Shown: in pieces, positions 24,563-38,909 of the stretch
Layout of the letters: each line of letters begins with the position of its first letter
Position numbering within the stretch: the first letter of the stretch is position 1
Assembly (NCBI RefSeq): GCF_001194135.2
Contig: NC_069002.1
Location: forward strand, 14,590,604 to 14,654,603
Length of the DNA stretch: 64,000 nt
Direction of reading: 5' to 3'
From: Octopus bimaculoides
Lineage: Eukaryota
The notes under the pieces: generated by a model
What the model was told of the DNA's origin: nothing
Seen by the model: the letters and a program-made list of their open reading frames with translations, nothing else
The model's database searches: none
Translations under genes and position numbers: made by a program

Positions 24563-26105
24563 ACACATATGTTTATAAAGAAATACTTTATAAGTAGATT
24601 ACATAGTCAAATCTTCAGTTATTACATAACACTCTTATATTACCTTTAGTGTTAATAATGGGTACTTGACAGTATTTTGGCGTTAGTGACAGTAACTACT
24701 GTAGTTATGGACACTGATTTATATTTGGGACTGTAATGTTCGATCTTAGGAGTTATGTTGTCTGCAGATGTGTAACTAATCTTAACGTTATGTCAGTTGA
24801 CGAGCCTACGATATGTAGGCTTTGAGGTAAACAATGTTTTACTCAGGTTCGCAGTGAATTCAACAACACTCATTAGGTTTGAGAGCCGCAACAAATCCTA
24901 TCCTGTCGTCAACAGTACCCTACCAAAACTGACCATGCCAATGCATGCGTGAACTTGATATCTTCCGCAATGTTTCAACCTTTCATAATACGATTAGAAG
25001 TGTGTTAGTCATATACCCTAAGTATGAAGTTATATGAAACTTTGATTAATGATAAATCTGAATTCTCTTGCTGGTTTCCGATAAAAATGAATTTTATCTC
25101 AGATATTTTGCCCCTTATTGTACATACAAGCGCGTATATACGTACATAGATATATGCATACATAACTAAGCGCACGCACCCTCCACACACACATACATAC
25201 ATACATGCATACATACATGCATACATACATACATATGTAGCATGTAAATATATAGAGAGAGCGGGAAAATAATACATTTATAGACACACACTCATATACA
25301 TATGTCGGTGTATATATATATATATATATATATATATGGTGTATATTTTTCTCATGTTAATGTGTGAGGTGTATGGGGCAAAAGGTAAAGTTTATTGCTT
25401 GTATGATTGGCTTCTGTGGAGGCCACTGTAATTGGTGTAGTGTGCAATCTATATATGTGTAATATTTGTGTGATGTATGTAAATTTGGTGTGTATTTGTC
25501 CATACATATAATGAATATGGGTGAGTGGCCGATGTATATGAAGGGATGGGTTTTCTAAGTCAGTGATAAATGTACAACAAAACACTTCTTACAGCTCATC
25601 AATCACAATTTGTTTTATCACTCCTGCATTACTAAGAGACTAGGGCAAACCAGTTTTTCCTATTTCCTACTTTCACTTCTTTTTCTTCTTGTGCTTCTTT
25701 TTTTTTGCATCTGATTCTTCTTTTTCTTCATTGTTCTCACATGACCTTCATTGACCTGTTACCTTGATATGAATTTCAATCGGAAAACTTAAACTTCTTG
25801 CCACTTATTCCACCAAAGAATAAGCAACAGCAACGCGTCGTTAAAGCCTCAGTAACATGTCACATACTGGACGACAATTTTGCTTCTTTGATGTCATGAT
25901 AATAGTTCATACGTACTCTATAACGCGCACGTCGAACAAATACGGTAGCAGAAGCATAAACATCTACGTAAGCATACTGACACATAAACACACACATTGT
26001 CTGTCAATGAAAACACTTTCCAAGTTCTTTTCACTGAGACGTTATAAACTGAGTCCAACTTCATAACTTGACACACAGAGGAGCTGGGTAACTTCCCTTT
26101 ATAAC

Positions 26106-26143
<38 letters not shown>

Positions 26144-26309
26144 AAATTTAGGGTTCAACAAGTATTGCTTCACCACACACCGAAAATTAGAAATAGCAGC
26201 GAAAAGCTACTATTTCTCTACTTAAATACAACTCCAAAAAAAAAAAACAGTAATACTCGCAAACAACAAAGGTAAAACAGGAAAGAAATAACGAATCTTT
26301 TTCCTTTTT

Positions 26310-26362
26310 AAACCCAGAACCATGAGATTGGGAAGCAAGCTTCTTGCTACCCAGCCACATCT
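26310..26362 (-). mobile_element. Family A SINE head fragment
   Basis: AACCCAGAACCATG..TTGGGAAGCAAGCTTCTT..CAGCCAC. Confidence 0.6.
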
Positions 26363-27017
26363 CTCTCGTCGTTTTCTCTGAGACTCATTCACACAGTTCG
26401 ATACAATAAATGAACCCGCTCCGTTTAGCTTTTTCTCCGCATATAACCTGTGCAGCGCGTTTTACAATGAACCGACTGTAACCTGTTCCATTTGTTATTG
26501 TTATAATTTTTTTAGCCTCAGTTCGTTTCTGACAGTGCTGACCTATCGGAGACCACGTCAAGTAGAACATTAGCTCTTCTCTCAAAAACGTCGAAGGATC
26601 ATATAATGAAATGCCATATCAAATTCAAACCAGCTGTCACTAACGTGCGATGACACATTTCTAAAATGCGGCCATTATTACAGAGTAGGTAATATAACTC
26701 CTGTTGCCCTCACAGGCATTACAGCTCTTTCAGCGGACATCTTGCCTTTCTACCCACCTAACACCAATGCAATGATTTCATTCGTCTCAACTATTTTACA
26801 ATATGTCGAGAAACAAATGATTTATGAGGATTTCAACATCTCTGAGTTTAAGATTTCAAACTGTCGTCTTCTTACAATTTTTTCCTTGCTTGTTTCTTTC
26901 ACTCAATATGTTGATATAGACCAGCAAAAACATTAGTGCAATGTCGGCATGTTAGACAGAACCAACTTGGGAATTAGAACAGTGATAAATGTGTTCGCCT
27001 TATTTCTTTATTTACTT

Positions 27018-27110
<93 letters not shown>

Positions 27111-27214
27111 ATGCGTTTATATGTACATATATGTCTTTACATCTATATTTATACGTGTATATATATGTATAGTCTTTCTCTCTCTCACTCTCTCTCTCTC
27201 TCTCTCTCTCACTC

Positions 27215-27255
<41 letters not shown>

Positions 27256-28801
27256 TTATGCATACATGGATACCTATATGTGAGCGGGTGTGTTTTTATG
27301 TTCTTATGTTCTTGTAAGTGTAGCCACATTATAAATACTCATATAAATACAAGGATATGTATACACATAGGCGTACTCTCATGCACATACACGCACAAGT
27401 ACACACACATATATGTACACGTGTGTTTGTGCGTAAGGCAAACTAATATGCATAAATCCTCAATCGTATGCATACATGTAAATACATACAAATATATACA
27501 CACCGGCGTACGTATGTGTTTGGTTAAATAAACAATCGAGAAGTGTGTTAACAAAATTCAACACGAAAGGTTACTATTGTAAAAGTAGTTTTAACACATT
27601 TGTTGATCTAAGAAATGAAAACTGACAGGAAGGGCAAGATTAACTGAACTTTTCTCAACACACATTTCCATCTTCAAATGAAGGTAGGTGTTAAAGGATA
27701 ACTGAGTTAGTGAATGGTGAACGACAAATGAATACTGCATTTCCTCCTGACGGCTAATTCTACCTGTTGTTCAATAATAATAATACAAATGTAAGCTTTA
27801 GCTACATGAATAACATGTTCAGTATCATAAAGCTTGTAAGTATGTATCTTGTGGCACACCAAGAATGAGACTAACCGATATGGTATAGATGACTAATGCC
27901 TAGAAAGAATCATCTTATATCAGCCCTACGACTTTTCTAATAAAATCTCAGTTTTAAAAATGAGCACTAAAAAGTCAACATTCAAAAACTGCTTACATCA
28001 ATATAACTGCTCGTTCTGCTCCCCACAAAAGAGAAAGAGTACAGCATTATCCAAACAGATTTCGCATTGAAAAGATGCAGTAAGGAATATGAGCATCATG
28101 CCGACCATTATAGGTAGAAAACCATAACTTAGTGACGTATCGAAGTTTTACAACACATGTCTCTCAGAGAGGCTTCCCAAAATCCTCTATATCACACCGA
28201 CTGTTTTCAATATCTTCACTACCATTATATTATTTGACACTCCTAATGCCTACAGTCGACTATGATGTCAATCGTACAAAATCTTTACTCATGATCATGG
28301 AACAGAGTTTAATCACATATATCTATAAAAGATTATACAAAACTAACATAAGTTGAGTTATTTTGCATTTTGGTTCGCAAAGTCAAAACAATACAGGATA
28401 TATGTGTGTATGTATGCGTGTGTGCGTGTGGGTGTGAGCGTGTGTGTGCGTACTTTTGTGTATGTGAGTGTGTATGTGTGTGAGTGTGTGAGTGTGTTTG
28501 TGTGTGCGTGTGAGAGGGTAAGCGTACGTAGTGGACATACAAACATGACAAATTTCAGTGTCTCACCGAAAATTGAGAATAATCATAGATAGCCGTAATC
28601 GAATTTAGAATTTTATTGGACCCACACCGCAAGAGTCTAGGTCATTTGACCAATTGCTGTGCAATACAAAAAGCCAATCTGTTTACACACAGAACAAACC
28701 CAGTAGCTTCAGAGTGCAATGGAGCAAGTCATTCGCATAACATAAGCGTGTCACACTTTATTGAATCTCAGCGGCATGCTAACGGGATCTTAGGCCGCAT
28801 A

Positions 28802-28833
<32 letters not shown>

Positions 28834-29272
28834 NNNNNNNNNNNNNNNNNNNNNNNNNNNNNNNNNNNNNNNNNNNNNNNNNNNNNNNNNNNNNNNNNNN
28901 NNNNNNNNNNNNNNNNNNNNNNNNNNNNNNNNNNNNNNNNNNNNNNNNNNNNNNNNNNNNNNNNNNNNNNNNNNNNNNNNNNNNNNNNNNNNNNNNNNNN
29001 NNNNNNNNNNNNNNNNNNNNNNNNNNNNNNNNNNNNNNNNNNNNNNNNNNNNNNNNNNNNNNNNNNNNNNNNNNNNNNNNNNNNNNNNNNNNNNNNNNNN
29101 NNNNNNNNNNNNNNNNNNNNNNNNNNNNNNNNNNNNNNNNNNNNNNNNNNNNNNNNNNNNNNNNNNNNNNNNNNNNNNNNNNNNNNNNNNNNNNNNNNNN
29201 NNNNNNNNNNNNNNNNNNNNNNNNNNNNNNNNNNNNNNNNNNNNNNNNNNNATATATATAATATATACTTTT

Positions 29273-29344
29273 ATACTAATATATACTTTTGTCATGTACA
29301 CCACCTGTCCTCGTCTGTTGTTATTATTTGTATATTCTCCCATA
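29273..29344 (+). mobile_element. 3' tail of hammerhead family 2 repeat (ribozyme part not present)
   Basis: ATACTAATATATACTTTTGT..TACACCACCTGTCCTCGTCTGTTGTTATTATTTGTATATTCTCCCATA is nearly identical to the reverse complement of ~60146-60215; flanked by (TA)n. Confidence 0.85.
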
Positions 29345-29879
29345 TATATATATATATATATATAGGTATATATACATGTGTATGTGTATGTATGTATGTA
29401 TGTATGTATGCAGATAGATAGCTAGCTAGATAGACAGACTGACACATAGACACACACACACACACACACACATATGTTTGTTGACTTTTATATATTATTT
29501 TCGTTATTCTGGGATTTCCTTCATTCTAGTAAGGTGGAAAGTGTTTGTGCATTCATGGTTTGCGTAGATTACTTACATTGATATTGATTGTTTTCCTTCA
29601 TCGATAATCTAATTAGACTTAGATTATGCTTAGATATTGCCATCTAGTTTAGGAAAGGTTCTCTGGAATCAATCAATCTATCTATCTATCTATCTATCTT
29701 TGTGTGTGTGTGTATGTATAAATGTATATGTACGCATATTTATACATCCGTACACACACAAACACACACACACACACACACACACTCATATATAGGTGTA
29801 AGTATATATATCGATACATGCATACAAACATATATATACACACACCCGTGTACAGGTGTAAGTATATGCGTATTCGTAG

Positions 29880-29940
<61 letters not shown>

Positions 29941-30224
29941 CACACATACACACACATATACATGCACATAGATACATATGTATGTATATATATATATAGA
30001 TATATGTATACATATATATATATATGTATATATATATACATACACACATATATATATATATATGTGTGTGGGGGGAGTGTCCGCGCGCGTGTTTGTGAGT
30101 ATGTTTGTGTGTGTGTGTACATATATATATAAAAAAAGCAAAGAAGTCAAAGGCCCTTCCCGAGCCGTAGGCTAATAAGGATAATGTCCCAGATTCTGTG
30201 ACTTTAATATCACACCCTTACCAT

Positions 30225-30352
30225 CTTTGTTAAGAGCAACTTGAAAAGAAATGTTTTGCTCAAAACTACAACGCATAGCCCGTTCAAGGAAGTGAAACCA
30301 CAATCTGACGATCATGTGTGCAACAACCTAACCACTAAACCATGTGCCTCCA
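30225..30352 (-). mobile_element. tRNA-derived SINE (family C), degenerate 5' part
   Basis: Minus strand GGAGGCACATGGTTTAGTGGTTAGGG..GTGGTTTC..TTGAGCAAAAC; similar to 47757-47945. Confidence 0.65.
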
Positions 30353-31147
30353 CATATGTACATATGGCATAATAACGNNNNNNNNNNNNNNNNNNNNNNN
30401 NNNNNNNNNNNNNNNNNNNNNNNNNNNNNNNNNNNNNNNNNNNNNNNNNNNNNNNNNNNNNNNNNNNNNNNNNNNNNNNNNNNNNNNNNNNNNNNNNNNN
30501 NNNNNNNNNNNNNNNNNNNNNNNNNNNNNNNNNNNNNNNNNNNNNNNNNNNNNNNNNNNNNNNNNNNNNNNNNNNNNNNNNNNNNNNNNNNNNNNNNNNN
30601 NNNNNNNNNNNNNNNNNNNNNNNNNNNNNNNNNNNNNNNNNNNNNNNNNNNNNNNNNNNNNNNNNNNNNNNNNNNNNNNNNNNNNNNNNNNNNNNNNNNN
30701 NNNNNNNNNNNNNNNNNNNNNNNNNNNNNNNNNNNNNNNNNNNNNNNNNNNNNNNNNNNNNNNNNNNNNNNNNNNNNNNNNNNNNNNNNNNNNNNNNNNN
30801 NNNNNNNNNNNNNNNNNNNNNNNNNNNNNNNNNNNNNNNNNNNNNNNNNNNNNNNNNNNNNNNNNNNNNNNNNNNNNNNNNNNNNNNNNNNNNNNNNNNN
30901 NNNNNNNNNNNNNNNNNNNNNNNNNNNNNNNNNNNNNNNNNNNNNNNNNNNNNNNNNNNNNNNNNNNNNNNNNNNNNNNNNNNNNNNNNNNNNNNNNNNN
31001 NNNNNNNNNNNNNNNNNNNNNNNNNNNNNNNNNNNNNNNNNNNNNNNNNNNNNNNNNNNNNNNNNNNNNNNNNNNNNNNNNNNNNNNNNNNNNNNNNNNN
31101 NNNNNNNNNNNNNNNNNNNNNNNNNNNNNTTACATTTCAGTTCTGAG

Positions 31148-32556
31148 TTTTATCAGGTGAATATAAAATTTGGTGCTTGCAGTTTGGCTTGTATCCACGA
31201 ATTTCGTAGCCAGTTTTAATATACAAGGTAGCATTGTTACGAGTTCAACTCATTGAACAAAAATGTAATGTGTTCATTAGAAAGTGGCTAGGCCTACCTC
31301 GGATGTTGAACGGTTCAGCTCTTTATCGTAAAAAAGGCTCGTTGCAGTTACCACTGGCGTCAATAGTCGAAATATACAAACTAGGGAAGATACGGACGAT
31401 GATGATGCTGAGAGAGTCGAAGGACATGGAAATCAGGCATAATCTACCAGAGGTGAAAACAGCCAGGAAGTGGAGAGCAGAAGCAGAGACTGATGACATC
31501 TTATCTCCTCTTACACACCGAGATATGGTGGGTGCAACGCAAAATCATCGGAAGGGACTTGGTTTTGGCGCAGATCAGTTCAGACCGTTTGCAAGTTTGA
31601 TGCGAAGCGAACGCAGATCTGCTGTTAGCAACAGAGTCAAAACGAGGGAAGCAGAGAGAAGAGGGCTTCATTTGATCAAATGTATTCAACAAGGACAGAT
31701 GATGAGATATGAGGAACATGTTGCTGAGAGGAAAATAAGTTGGGATGAAATATGGAAGTGGACGACATCTCGGCTAAGTTTTCTGATTCGTTCNNNNNNN
31801 NNNTACCCTCCTGCGTTCAGGACAGCGGATCCGTTTCAAGAAGAAGAACAACAAACTTCCTTTGAGTGATGAAAGGTAGAACGGCTATTGGGAGGTGACT
31901 GCAGATTTACCAGGGTGCCAGGGAATCTTTCCCGTCCCAGTTACGAAAAAACTGGATATATAAATGTGGTGTGAAGAAAAGTTGTGAATCTAGTCGAGTT
32001 AACGGTTCCTCATGAAGATAACATGGACGCCACTCGGGCTCGAAAGATTGACCGTTATGTAAACCTCCTCGAGGAATGTGAAGTCGCAGTCTAGAAAGCG
32101 GCGTATTTTCCAATCGAAATCGGATGTAAAAGGTTTGTTGGACACTGTGTGAGACTACTGTTGTTATCGTTAGGCGTAACTCATCGTAAAATACCACCAT
32201 CACCGATATCCAAACTACAGTGTGGAAGGTTAGCCACTGGATTTGGTTAAAACGAGACGATGAGCGATGGCTAGAAGTATATTGAGCATTACTTAACAAC
32301 CAGTTGATCTAGCAAGCGGGGCCTCATATCAGTGAGCGGGGCCAGTGTGCATTGCTGCTGTGGAGAGGTAGGCCGCGAAACGGCGCGCAATCTCTCCTGA
32401 TGACCCCATACACTTGCTGGCTTCCGGTATGCGGAGTTCTCGACTGGTAGCACTTGCATGTGCAAGTTGTTTGCAAGACATCTATTCGTTTTTGCTTCTG
32501 TTTTCATAAATTCTATCTCGCTTACAATTGGTCTCATTATTGCCTACAATAAATAA
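31148..32556 (+). pseudogene. 5'-truncated HERO-like RLE non-LTR retrotransposon
   Basis: LSGEYKIWCLQFGLYPRIS*PVLIY..RKWLGLPRMLNGSALY..LQLP..TARKW..GLGFG..QGQ..RKISWDEIW..RLSFLIRS. After a small gap: WEVTADL..LVELTVPHED..RK..RY..PIEIGCKRF..SHWIWLKR. These match HERO-clade motifs as I recall them; the 3' end is approximate. Confidence 0.85.
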
Positions 32557-32914
32557 TGTGGGAACATACGGCTGACATTTACATTTCAGTTCTGAGCTTA
32601 CGAGTTCCATCTCATTATGGGGTACTGTGGGTCCTAGTCTCAGAATTCAAACCGGTTGCACAAAAACTATGCAGATACATCTACTGTTGGGTGGATTGTA
32701 CCTGTAACAAAATAAAACCATTCCCCACGCTATTTAGGTTTTTTGGCTATTCCTGCTGTCTGACCAAGGGGTTTTCCACATGTGAAATTAATATGGAACT
32801 GCTTGAGTATTCAACAATCGCGTAATCCACAGAGTCGAATTAGCGTCCGCAAAGTGAAGGTACCTTTGGAAATCCAACAACAATCTAAAGGGAAGTATAA
32901 ATCCCAGAAATAGA

Positions 32915-33058
32915 ATCGTATTTTATTTATCAACCCAGAGACGATAAAGTTCAAAATTGATCTCGCCAGAATTTGAACTCAGTATGTAGAGACCCGCTAC
33001 AAATACTACAATGCATTCAGTCTATTCACTGTCCTAACCGTTCTGCCAATTCACCGCG
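32915..33058 (-). mobile_element. Degenerate family B SINE
   Basis: TTTATCAACCC..CAGAATTTGAACTCAG..CTAACCGTTCTGCCAATTCACCGC. Confidence 0.65.
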
Positions 33059-34083
33059 TGATTGGGCGAAACTTAATCTTTATTTCTTTATTGATGTGGA
33101 TTAGTTGAGCAGAGTGAGGAACCGTTCCTATTGATCTTCTCATATTTTCATCTCAATCAAATATTGTTTGGGGCTTTGTTTATCTAATTATACACATCAC
33201 GAACATATTTCATGATTATCTACATACAACACAACATCATACATACCTACATACATACATACATACACACTTATAAATATATAAGTATACATAAATGCAC
33301 ATACATATACGCTTATATACATGCACACATACATACATATACATACCTATATACATACATATATGTGTGTGTGTGTGTGCGTGTGTGTGTATAGATATTT
33401 ACAATCTCCCCAAACATACCCTCATGCACACAAAAACTCATAAATACACGTAGACACGTATACACACACATCTCACATAACAAATGATCTAGTAAGTCTT
33501 GTTAATCTACTTCTGTCTATTCACTTGGAGCAGAGGTAGCAGCAGCAGCAGCAGCAGCAGCTGTAGTAGTGGTGGTGGAGGTGGCGGTGGTGTGAATATC
33601 TGTTATTCCATTATTATATTTATTTAGTGAAAACTCATCATTTTCATATTTGCCCAAGCATGCAGCAACTGTCAGTTGAGAACGATCGACTGACCCTTTC
33701 ATCCTTACAAACGATTGATAAAATATCGATTCCTTAGCTATGCTGGTGCAGGGCCAAATACTCACAAACAGAAATGGTATCTTTATTTGTAGTTATGAAG
33801 TCTCCAGCCGTGACCACTCCGTTCTCTCCTATTCAGGTACGTAGCACCCAGGTCTCATGACTCCATATGCACCGATTCAGGACCGAAACTCTTAATTTTT
33901 GCCTCACTTTTGTAACTTTAATGGTGACTAAAAATAATACACATGTGTCTGTATTGAGTTCTTTTTCTTCTTATTCTTTTATCTGTCCGGTCCAACGTAC
34001 GCTAAGTAACTGAAACTCTGAAGTCACTGTCACCCCATTTCTAAAAGCGTAACGTTTTTGTTTTTTTTTTATGAAAAAGGATA

Positions 34084-34291
34084 TACTCTTTTACTCTTTT
34101 ACTTGTTTCAGTCATTTGACTGCGGCCATGCTGGAGCACCACCTTTAATCGAGCAAATCGACCCCAGAACTTATTCTTTGTAAGCCTAGTACTTATTTTA
34201 TCGGTTTCTTTTTGCCGAACCGCTAAGTTACGGGGACGTAAACACACCAGCATCGGTTGTCAAGCGATGGTGGGGGACAAACACAGACACA

Positions 34292-34331
<40 letters not shown>

Positions 34332-34560
34332 NNNNNNNNNNNNNNNNNNNNNNNNNNNNNNNNNNNNNTATATATATATATATATATATATATGCGACGG
34401 GCTTCTTTCAGTTTCCGTCTACCAAATCCACTCACAAGGCTTTGGTCGGCCCAAAGCTATAGTAGAAGACACTTGCCCAAGGTGCCACGCAGTGGGACTA
34501 AACTTGGAACCATGTGGCTGGTAAGCAAGCTACTTACCACACAGCCACTCCTGCGCCTAT
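34084..34560 (-). mobile_element. Full-length family A SINE (small gap in the linker)
   Basis: Near-identical to 12914-13324 in both modules; tail is (TACTCTTT)x2. Confidence 0.92.
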
Positions 34561-34997
34561 ATATGCTCATATTTTGTACACATGTCTGATTTATCATGGC
34601 TAACTTAAACAATAACAACAACAACAACAACAAATATTACGTGTATTTTCAGTTCTCTTTTCACGACCATCGGGGCACGAAACACTCTCACGAATGCGGT
34701 TCGTGAGATGGTTGCGATCTGTAAACAGTTTTGAGTAGGGACCGGAAAAACAAGAATAAACTCGTAATGGACATGTGCAGACTGAATTCGTAAAACAGAA
34801 GTGCACAAATAAAAGCGTAATGCGCATGTCAAAATAAAACGAAAGAGAAAAATAAAAACGAAAGTCAGACAAGTTGCATGATGGCTTGCATGCCACGTTA
34901 GACAACACCATCACGCAGCTTTACTGCAATTTTCAGGTTTATTTTAAAATTTTAACTTCGTTAAATGATTATAAATCTGTAAGGCCCGGCTATAGCT

Positions 34998-35106
34998 GAA
35001 AGGCAAAGTCGACTTTGGCGGAATTTGAACTCAGAACTAGCAAACAGGTGAAGTGCTGCAAAGCATTTCACCCGGCGTGCTAACGATTCTGCCAGCTCGC
35101 CGCCTT
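34998..35106 (-). mobile_element. Family B SINE head, abutting a ~130-bp (AAT)n tract (35106-35235)
   Basis: GAAAGGCAAAGTCGAC..GGAATTTGAACTCAGAAC..CCGGCGTGCTAACGATTCTGCCAGCTCGCCGCC. Confidence 0.8.
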
Positions 35107-35130
35107 AATAATAATAATAATAATATTATT

Positions 35131-35235
<105 letters not shown>

Positions 35236-36689
35236 GTGATGATTTATGATGACAGTGATAATAATGATGATGGCTGTAGTAGTGTTGGTGGTGTTGCTGT
35301 TGGTGGTGATGATGCTGATGATGCTGCAGATGTTGATGATGACTATGATGATGATGAAAAGGATAATGATCTTCTAACTCTGGCCAACAGCCATAAATCT
35401 GTCAGTACTGAATGTAGCCAATTCACTTAACACCATTATATTGACTAGTAGACATACACACACACACACACACACGCACACACATATGCACACACTCACT
35501 CACACACGCATATAAATATAAATATATATTGGAGAGAAAACAACGAAGACGGGACATGTCAGGGGACATGCATAGAAGAAAATGAAATCAGGTTTAATAA
35601 ACAGATATCTCGCACAAAAAAGAACAAAGGCACAGCAAAAAAGCAAACAGGCAATAAGTAATTTAATAAAAAAATAAACAAATCTGAACTCCGCCCATTT
35701 GCTCACCTTTCTACATTTTAGTCTTGACCGGTTGACAGTATATGTCAGAAGTGGAGAACACCTACCTCATAACTGGTGTCAGTCTGGTGTTTCTGTTCAC
35801 ACATACGCGCACGCATACGCACGCACACAACACACATACACACACAGATACACACATACAGAGAAAGAGAGGTCCAGAGAGAGAGAAAGCGAAAAGGTGT
35901 GACCCACAGACAATCTTAGTGTCTTGTCCTACTTCTGTGGAGCCGTGTGTTGTTTTTTGCTTCAAGCCAGACCATTCAAACGAGATGAGATATCACCTAA
36001 CACGTTCCATCTATAGCGATCCTGTCTTGTACTTGCAAACACTATGTTTCTAAAACTACACCGTACAATACTTTAAGATTTAGAAACCGGTCAAGTGGAT
36101 TATGATATTGCTAGAAAATAACCCCCGAACAAAGAGTAGAGATGCTGTAAGATGCGCCAGTAAACGTCGATGATGTCGCATTTATCAGAAAGTTATGTGA
36201 TATAAAAATCTATAGTTAACAAAAATAGTCATCAACTTGCTACCATCCAATGTGACATGATTTTATTGCTAAAACAATATATAATGGCTTCTGCAGAAAA
36301 TACCTCTTACAATAGTTATAACAAGCATTTTTGATGTTGATTAAATATAAAGTTTCATTACAAGAAATATTAATGGGAAATTGCTGTTAAAACTTCTACC
36401 AAGTGTAAATTGAACATGCCGGTTATAATAGTTTGCGGCAGAAAAGAGAAATAATACGCGGTTATAAAAGTTAGCTGCCTTGCAGCAAAATTCTAATATT
36501 GCAGATATGAATATTTCTTTTTAAAAATCGCTGAGATAGTGAGAATATGAATGGAGAAAGAATTCGAAAGCTACAGCTCCGCAAAAGTAGACCTACACCT
36601 GATAAACAATTACCCATGGAAATTTTAATATACGGAACAAATGATCTTATGATGAGGATGAGGTGACGAGCTTATCACTATAATAGTTG

Positions 36690-36810
36690 GACAGTGTCTC
36701 CATCTACTTCTCTCTCAATGTTCTTCTAAATGGCCTTGCCATCTCTCCAGCTTCAGGCATTTGATCTCTGTAACATGATGCAGTAAAGTCTTTCGCCGAC
36801 GATTTGTTCA
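36690..36810 (+). pseudogene. Possible very old reverse-transcriptase fragment
   Basis: One frame reads DSVSIYFSLNVLLNGL..*..*HDAVKSFADDL, resembling non-LTR RT motifs (GDS.SP.LF and FADD) at plausible spacing. Short, and could be chance. Confidence 0.3.
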
Positions 36811-37676
36811 GAATCCGGTTGCAATTAGAACATACGATGCAGGGTTTACAATTATTCACAATGAAGAATCACGTGTAGGGGACCAAATGGTAGTACCAAA
36901 TGGTATAATCTTGTCCTTATCATAATCGCTACTCCACATTATAAATTCATATTTGTATCCATCGCCATTTATACACTTAGAAATTTTATTCTCTATTAAC
37001 TAGTAAACTCCAGAAGTTGAAGCTTTTATCGCAAACGCCTAACCGCAAAGTCATAACAGGAATCATTTGTTAACTTCAACGTGTATCACTTCACCTCTAC
37101 TTAACTTCTTAGTTAAACTAAACTAGGGCTTCAGATCTGTCTTTAGAGTTGAGAGTATTCACATAAAATATCTTTTTCCAATTTTTGATTCTTCACTGCT
37201 GCCCCCCCCCCTCACCAATTTGCCTCTGCTACTTTCTTTAATATTTTCTTACAACAGCTTAATCCTCATTCTCCACATAATTCTACCCTTATTTTCTCAC
37301 CCTACTGTTCTCTTCTATCCACCACACCCCCATCCACTGTTCATTCTCCATACTTTTACTTTTGCTCTCATAAACACCTCTTTAATCTCTGCACCGCGTT
37401 AAGAAATAAAACAATATTTCGATGTAAGTACTCACTACACGCCGCTAATTCTTCTCCACGTCAAAATATCTTTGTAACCGCTCCTAGATAAGTTGCGCTA
37501 TTCTACCCAACTTTTGTTAAATTCGGAGCTAGATGAATCGATATTTATTATGCAGTCGAAGTCTAAACACATTCATTTGTTATGTACGACACGGTAGCTA
37601 CTTCAGTTAGCGGTCAGCAACATTTCAATAAAACGCAGACATTCATCATACACACACACGCACACACACTCGCACA

Positions 37677-37710
<34 letters not shown>

Positions 37711-37720
37711 NNNNNNNNNN

Positions 37721-37754
<34 letters not shown>

Positions 37755-38041
37755 ATATGGGTATTGGTGTAAAAAAAAAATTGTGTATGTGATTGTGGCG
37801 TATAAGTGCAAATAAGAGGAAAAGAAGAGGTCATTCAATGCTGAAAGCAGAATGAAACACCAGATTTTATTGAGAGCAAAATCGTTAGTGCGAGTTTCAC
37901 GTTTCCAATCGCCGGAAGAAAATGGAGCAAAAATCTTGTTGTTTGTATATCAGTGAGTTAATTGTCGGAAGTGGTAATATTGTTCTTATTAATTTTTAAC
38001 TTTAGTGATGTGGGATTTTTGGGAGATTTGCCGCACTAGTA

Positions 38042-38260
38042 CCGGTTGTCAAGTGGGGTGGGAGACAAACACATACACACACACGTACATATATACGACG
38101 GGCTTCTTTCACTTTCTGTCCACCGAATCCACTCACAAGGCGTTGCTCAGCCCGAGGCTATAGTAGAAGACGTTAGCCGAAAGTTCCATGCAGTGAAACT
38201 GAACCTGGAGCCGTGTGGTGGGAAGTAAACTTCTTACCACACAGCCACGCCTGCACCTAT
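38042..38260 (-). mobile_element. Family A SINE, 5' module plus start of the 3' module
   Basis: ATACGACGGGCTTCTTTCA..AATCCACTCACAAGG..CCCGAGGCTATAGTAGAAGAC..CTTACCACACAGCCAC. Confidence 0.85.
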
Positions 38261-38909
38261 AGATATACATATATATATGTAGTACGTATGTATATATATA
38301 GATATATATATATACTCTTTACATTNNNNNNNNNNNNNNNNNNNNNNNNNNNNNNNNNNNNNNNNNNNNNNNNNNNNNNNNNNNNNNNNNNNNNNNNNNN
38401 NNNNNNNNNNNNNNNNNNNNNNNNNNNNNNNNNNNNNNNNNNNNNNNNNNNNNNNNNNNNNNNNNNNNNNNNNNNNNNNNNNNNNNNNNNNNNNNNNNNN
38501 NNNNNNNNNNNNNNNNNNNNNNNNNNNNNNNNNNNNNNNNNNNNNNNNNNNNNNNNNNNNNNNNNNNNNNNNNNNNNNNNNNNNNNNNNNNNNNNNNNNN
38601 NNNNNNNNNNNNNNNNNNNNNNNNNNNNNNNNNNNNNNNNNNNNNNNNNNNNNNNNNNNNNNNNNNNNNNNNNNNNNNNNNNNNNNNNNNNNNNNNNNNN
38701 NNNNNNNNNNNNNNNNNNNNNNNNNNNNNNNNNNNNNNNNNNNNNNNNNNNNNNNNNNNNNNNNNNNNNNNNNNNNNNNNNNNNNNNNNNNNNNNNNNNN
38801 NNNNNNNNNNNNNNNNNNNNNNNNNNNNNNNNNNNNNNNNNNNNNNNNNNNNNNNNNNNNNNNNNNNNNNNNNNNNNNNNNNNNNNNNNNNNNNNNNNNN
38901 TAACAGATT

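Noticed and set aside
24796-24825. TTGACGA-GCCTAC/GTAGGC hairpin as a hammerhead
   Set aside because: No GAAA follows the stem.
32360-32410. GAAAC ... CTGATGA in the HERO-like 3'UTR as a permuted hammerhead
   Set aside because: The order would need stems III and I between the motifs. Only GGAGAG/CTCTCC and GCCG/CGGC hairpins form and there is no valid NUH triplet. It may be a structured UTR, but a ribozyme is not supported.
33793-33836. 44-nt AG..GT bounded micro-exon candidate (MKSPAVTTPFSPIQ)
   Set aside because: Weak polypyrimidine tract, and the CCAGCCGTGACCA core resembles degenerate repeat sequence near 16710.
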